From: Pristiophorus japonicus
Taxonomy: Eukaryota
DNA length: 64,000 nt
NCBI RefSeq assembly: GCF_044704955.1
Contig: NC_091980.1
Coordinates: 293,942,001 to 294,006,000, forward strand
Direction of reading: 5' to 3'
A program made the position numbers and the translations under genes. The notes below the pieces were generated by a model that did no database searches, was not told where the DNA came from, and was given only the letters and a program-made list of their open reading frames with translations. Shown here one piece after another: positions 62,101 to 64,000 of this stretch. The number at the start of each line of letters is the position of its first letter. Within the stretch, counting starts at the first letter, position 1.

Positions 62101-62852
62101 AAGACTGGGCCAGAATTTTCTGTAGCCAGCATGCTGTTCGCTAGACTTGTCCTTGACCGTTTAATTTTCATGAGCTTTTGCATGGCAAGTTTCTGTAAGT
62201 GGGAGCTTGAAAGGGTGCGGCGCCCTCTATTGGACATCTAGGACCTGTGTGAACCGGACAAGCTATTGTGTATCTCCTTAACCAATCGGATTGAAGAATA
62301 ATTAATACACAGTGCAGAGTCTGAACCAGGAAGTAGAAGTTAGAATAGTAAATTCAATGTCAAATCAGGTACAGAAAGCGAAATAGAGAAGGAAAGAAAG
62401 ATTGGGTTAGGGTAGAGGGAAAAAAACTACAGTAAAAATAAATAATTTAAATTTTATTTAAACATCTTAAACAATAGATTAAGGATTGAGACTCCCCAGT
62501 TGTAATAGTTAATTTTCAATGGCAGGGGGGTTGTTTAGCAGTAAATAAGACTTATCACTCCATTTAAAAGTTACTTAGCCTTAAATAGACAAGCCAAACT
62601 TTCTGTGATGATTTTAATTCGTATCTGCCATCCAAGAACAGGAACTTCACGCCATTCAATGCATTTGAATAGTGAGTCAGACGGTGAGATGATGCTCTTG
62701 GAAAGACGGAAAGACGGCAGAGCCGCATAGCTCGGACAGCAACCCTCGGATTTTAGCTTTTAATCATGCATCTGGACTGAGCTGAAGTTGCTGCGATTTG
62801 CACATAAATAACAATGAGCGCCTTTTGCCCCACCATTATTTTTACAACAACA

Positions 62853-63340
62853 GCTTGTATTTATATAGTAACGCCTTTAACGTAGTAAAACATCCCAAGA
62901 CGCTTCACAGCAGTGTTATAAGACAAAACAAATAAATTTGTCACCGAGCCACATAAGAAGGAAATTATGGCAGACAGCCAAAAGTTTGGTCAAAGAGGTA
63001 GGTTTTAAGGTGCATCTTAAAAGAGGAAAGAGAGGTGGAAAGGTTTAGGGAGGGAGTTCCAGAGCTTAGGGCCTAGACAGCTGAAGACACGGCCACTAAT
63101 GGTTGAGCGATTATAGTCGGGATGCTCAAGAGGGCAGAATTTGAGGAGCGCAGACATCTTGGGGGTGGGGGGGGGGGTTGTGGGGCTGAAGAAGATTACA
63201 GAGATAGGGAGGGGCGAGGCCATGGAGGGATTTGTAAAGAAGGATGAGCATTTTGAAATCGAGGCGTTGCTTAACCGGTCAGTGAGCACGGGGTGATCGG
63301 TGAATAGGATTTGGTGCGCGTTAGGACGCGGGCTGCCGAG
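62853..63340 (-). mobile_element. L2-like LINE 3' fragment
   Basis: RSTISGRVFSCLGPKLWNSLPK; colinear with 24630-25105. Confidence 0.8.
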
Positions 63341-63769
63341 TAAATTATGGCCCATTATATCAAGGCCCTAACTGTCCAGGTGGTCATTAAGGATCTCTAT
63401 TCAAAGAAGAGTAGGGGAGTTAAAAAATGGCTGCCGCATTTGCCTACATTACAACAGTGTCTACACTTTAAAAAAAAAGTACTTTGCCTGTGGAACACTT
63501 TGGGATGTCCGCAGGATATCCCACATACGAGTCAAACCTGACATAGGTATGATTCTGAGAGAATAACTATCAGCTAACGTCCCAGACTCCTCTATCACCA
63601 TCTCTGTCCCACAGGCAGAACATCCCACCATGGCAAGGTGCCATACAGTTGGGAGGGAGTGGCCCTGGGAGTCCTCAATATTGACTCCGGCAGGCCCATG
63701 ATGTCTCATGGCATCAGATAAACATGGCCAATGGAACCTGCTGATTACTACCTACCGCCCTCAGCTGAT

Positions 63770-64000
63770 TTGAACACGGGAGACTGGTCACGAAAGTAAA
63801 AGCCTATGGGATCCAGGGAAAAGTGGTAAGTTGGATCCAAAATTGGTTTAGAGGCAGGAAGCAAAGGGTAATGGTCGATGGATGTTTTTGTGACAGGAAG
63901 GCTGTTTCCAGTGGGGTTCCACAGGACTCAGTATTAGTTCCCTTGCTTTTTATGATATATATATATATATATCAATGATTAATAAATTTGCAGATGATAC
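63770..64000 (+). mobile_element. CR1 RT fragment running to the window edge
   Basis: WIQNWFRGRKQRVMVDG...SGVPQDSVL; aaatttgcagatgatac. Confidence 0.75.

Overview
Repeat-rich vertebrate genomic DNA. The CR1/HER1-type LINEs, Deu-domain tRNA SINEs and L2-like tails suggest a cartilaginous fish (inference). Three intact spliced genes can be built by hand with canonical GT-AG sites: two tandem minus-strand NPC2 paralogues (copy B 18559-32535, 152 aa; copy A 36052-41568, 154 aa) and plus-strand ISCA2 (42342-57394, 180 aa). ISCA2 is head-to-head with copy A across a CpG-rich bidirectional promoter. Almost all long ORFs in the track are retrotransposon fragments or satellite artefacts. Most notable observations: a CR1 copy with dense, strand-specific A-to-G changes (candidate fossil of ADAR hyper-editing); a ~500-bp-arm inverted repeat in NPC2-A intron 1; near-identical exon 1 between otherwise diverged NPC2 paralogues; an inverted pair of young CR1 copies bracketing phase-symmetric ISCA2 exons 2-3; and a 1.18-kb miniature Gypsy element with TSD nested in a SINE. 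Repeat boundaries are approximate and identities are hand counts or visual estimates.
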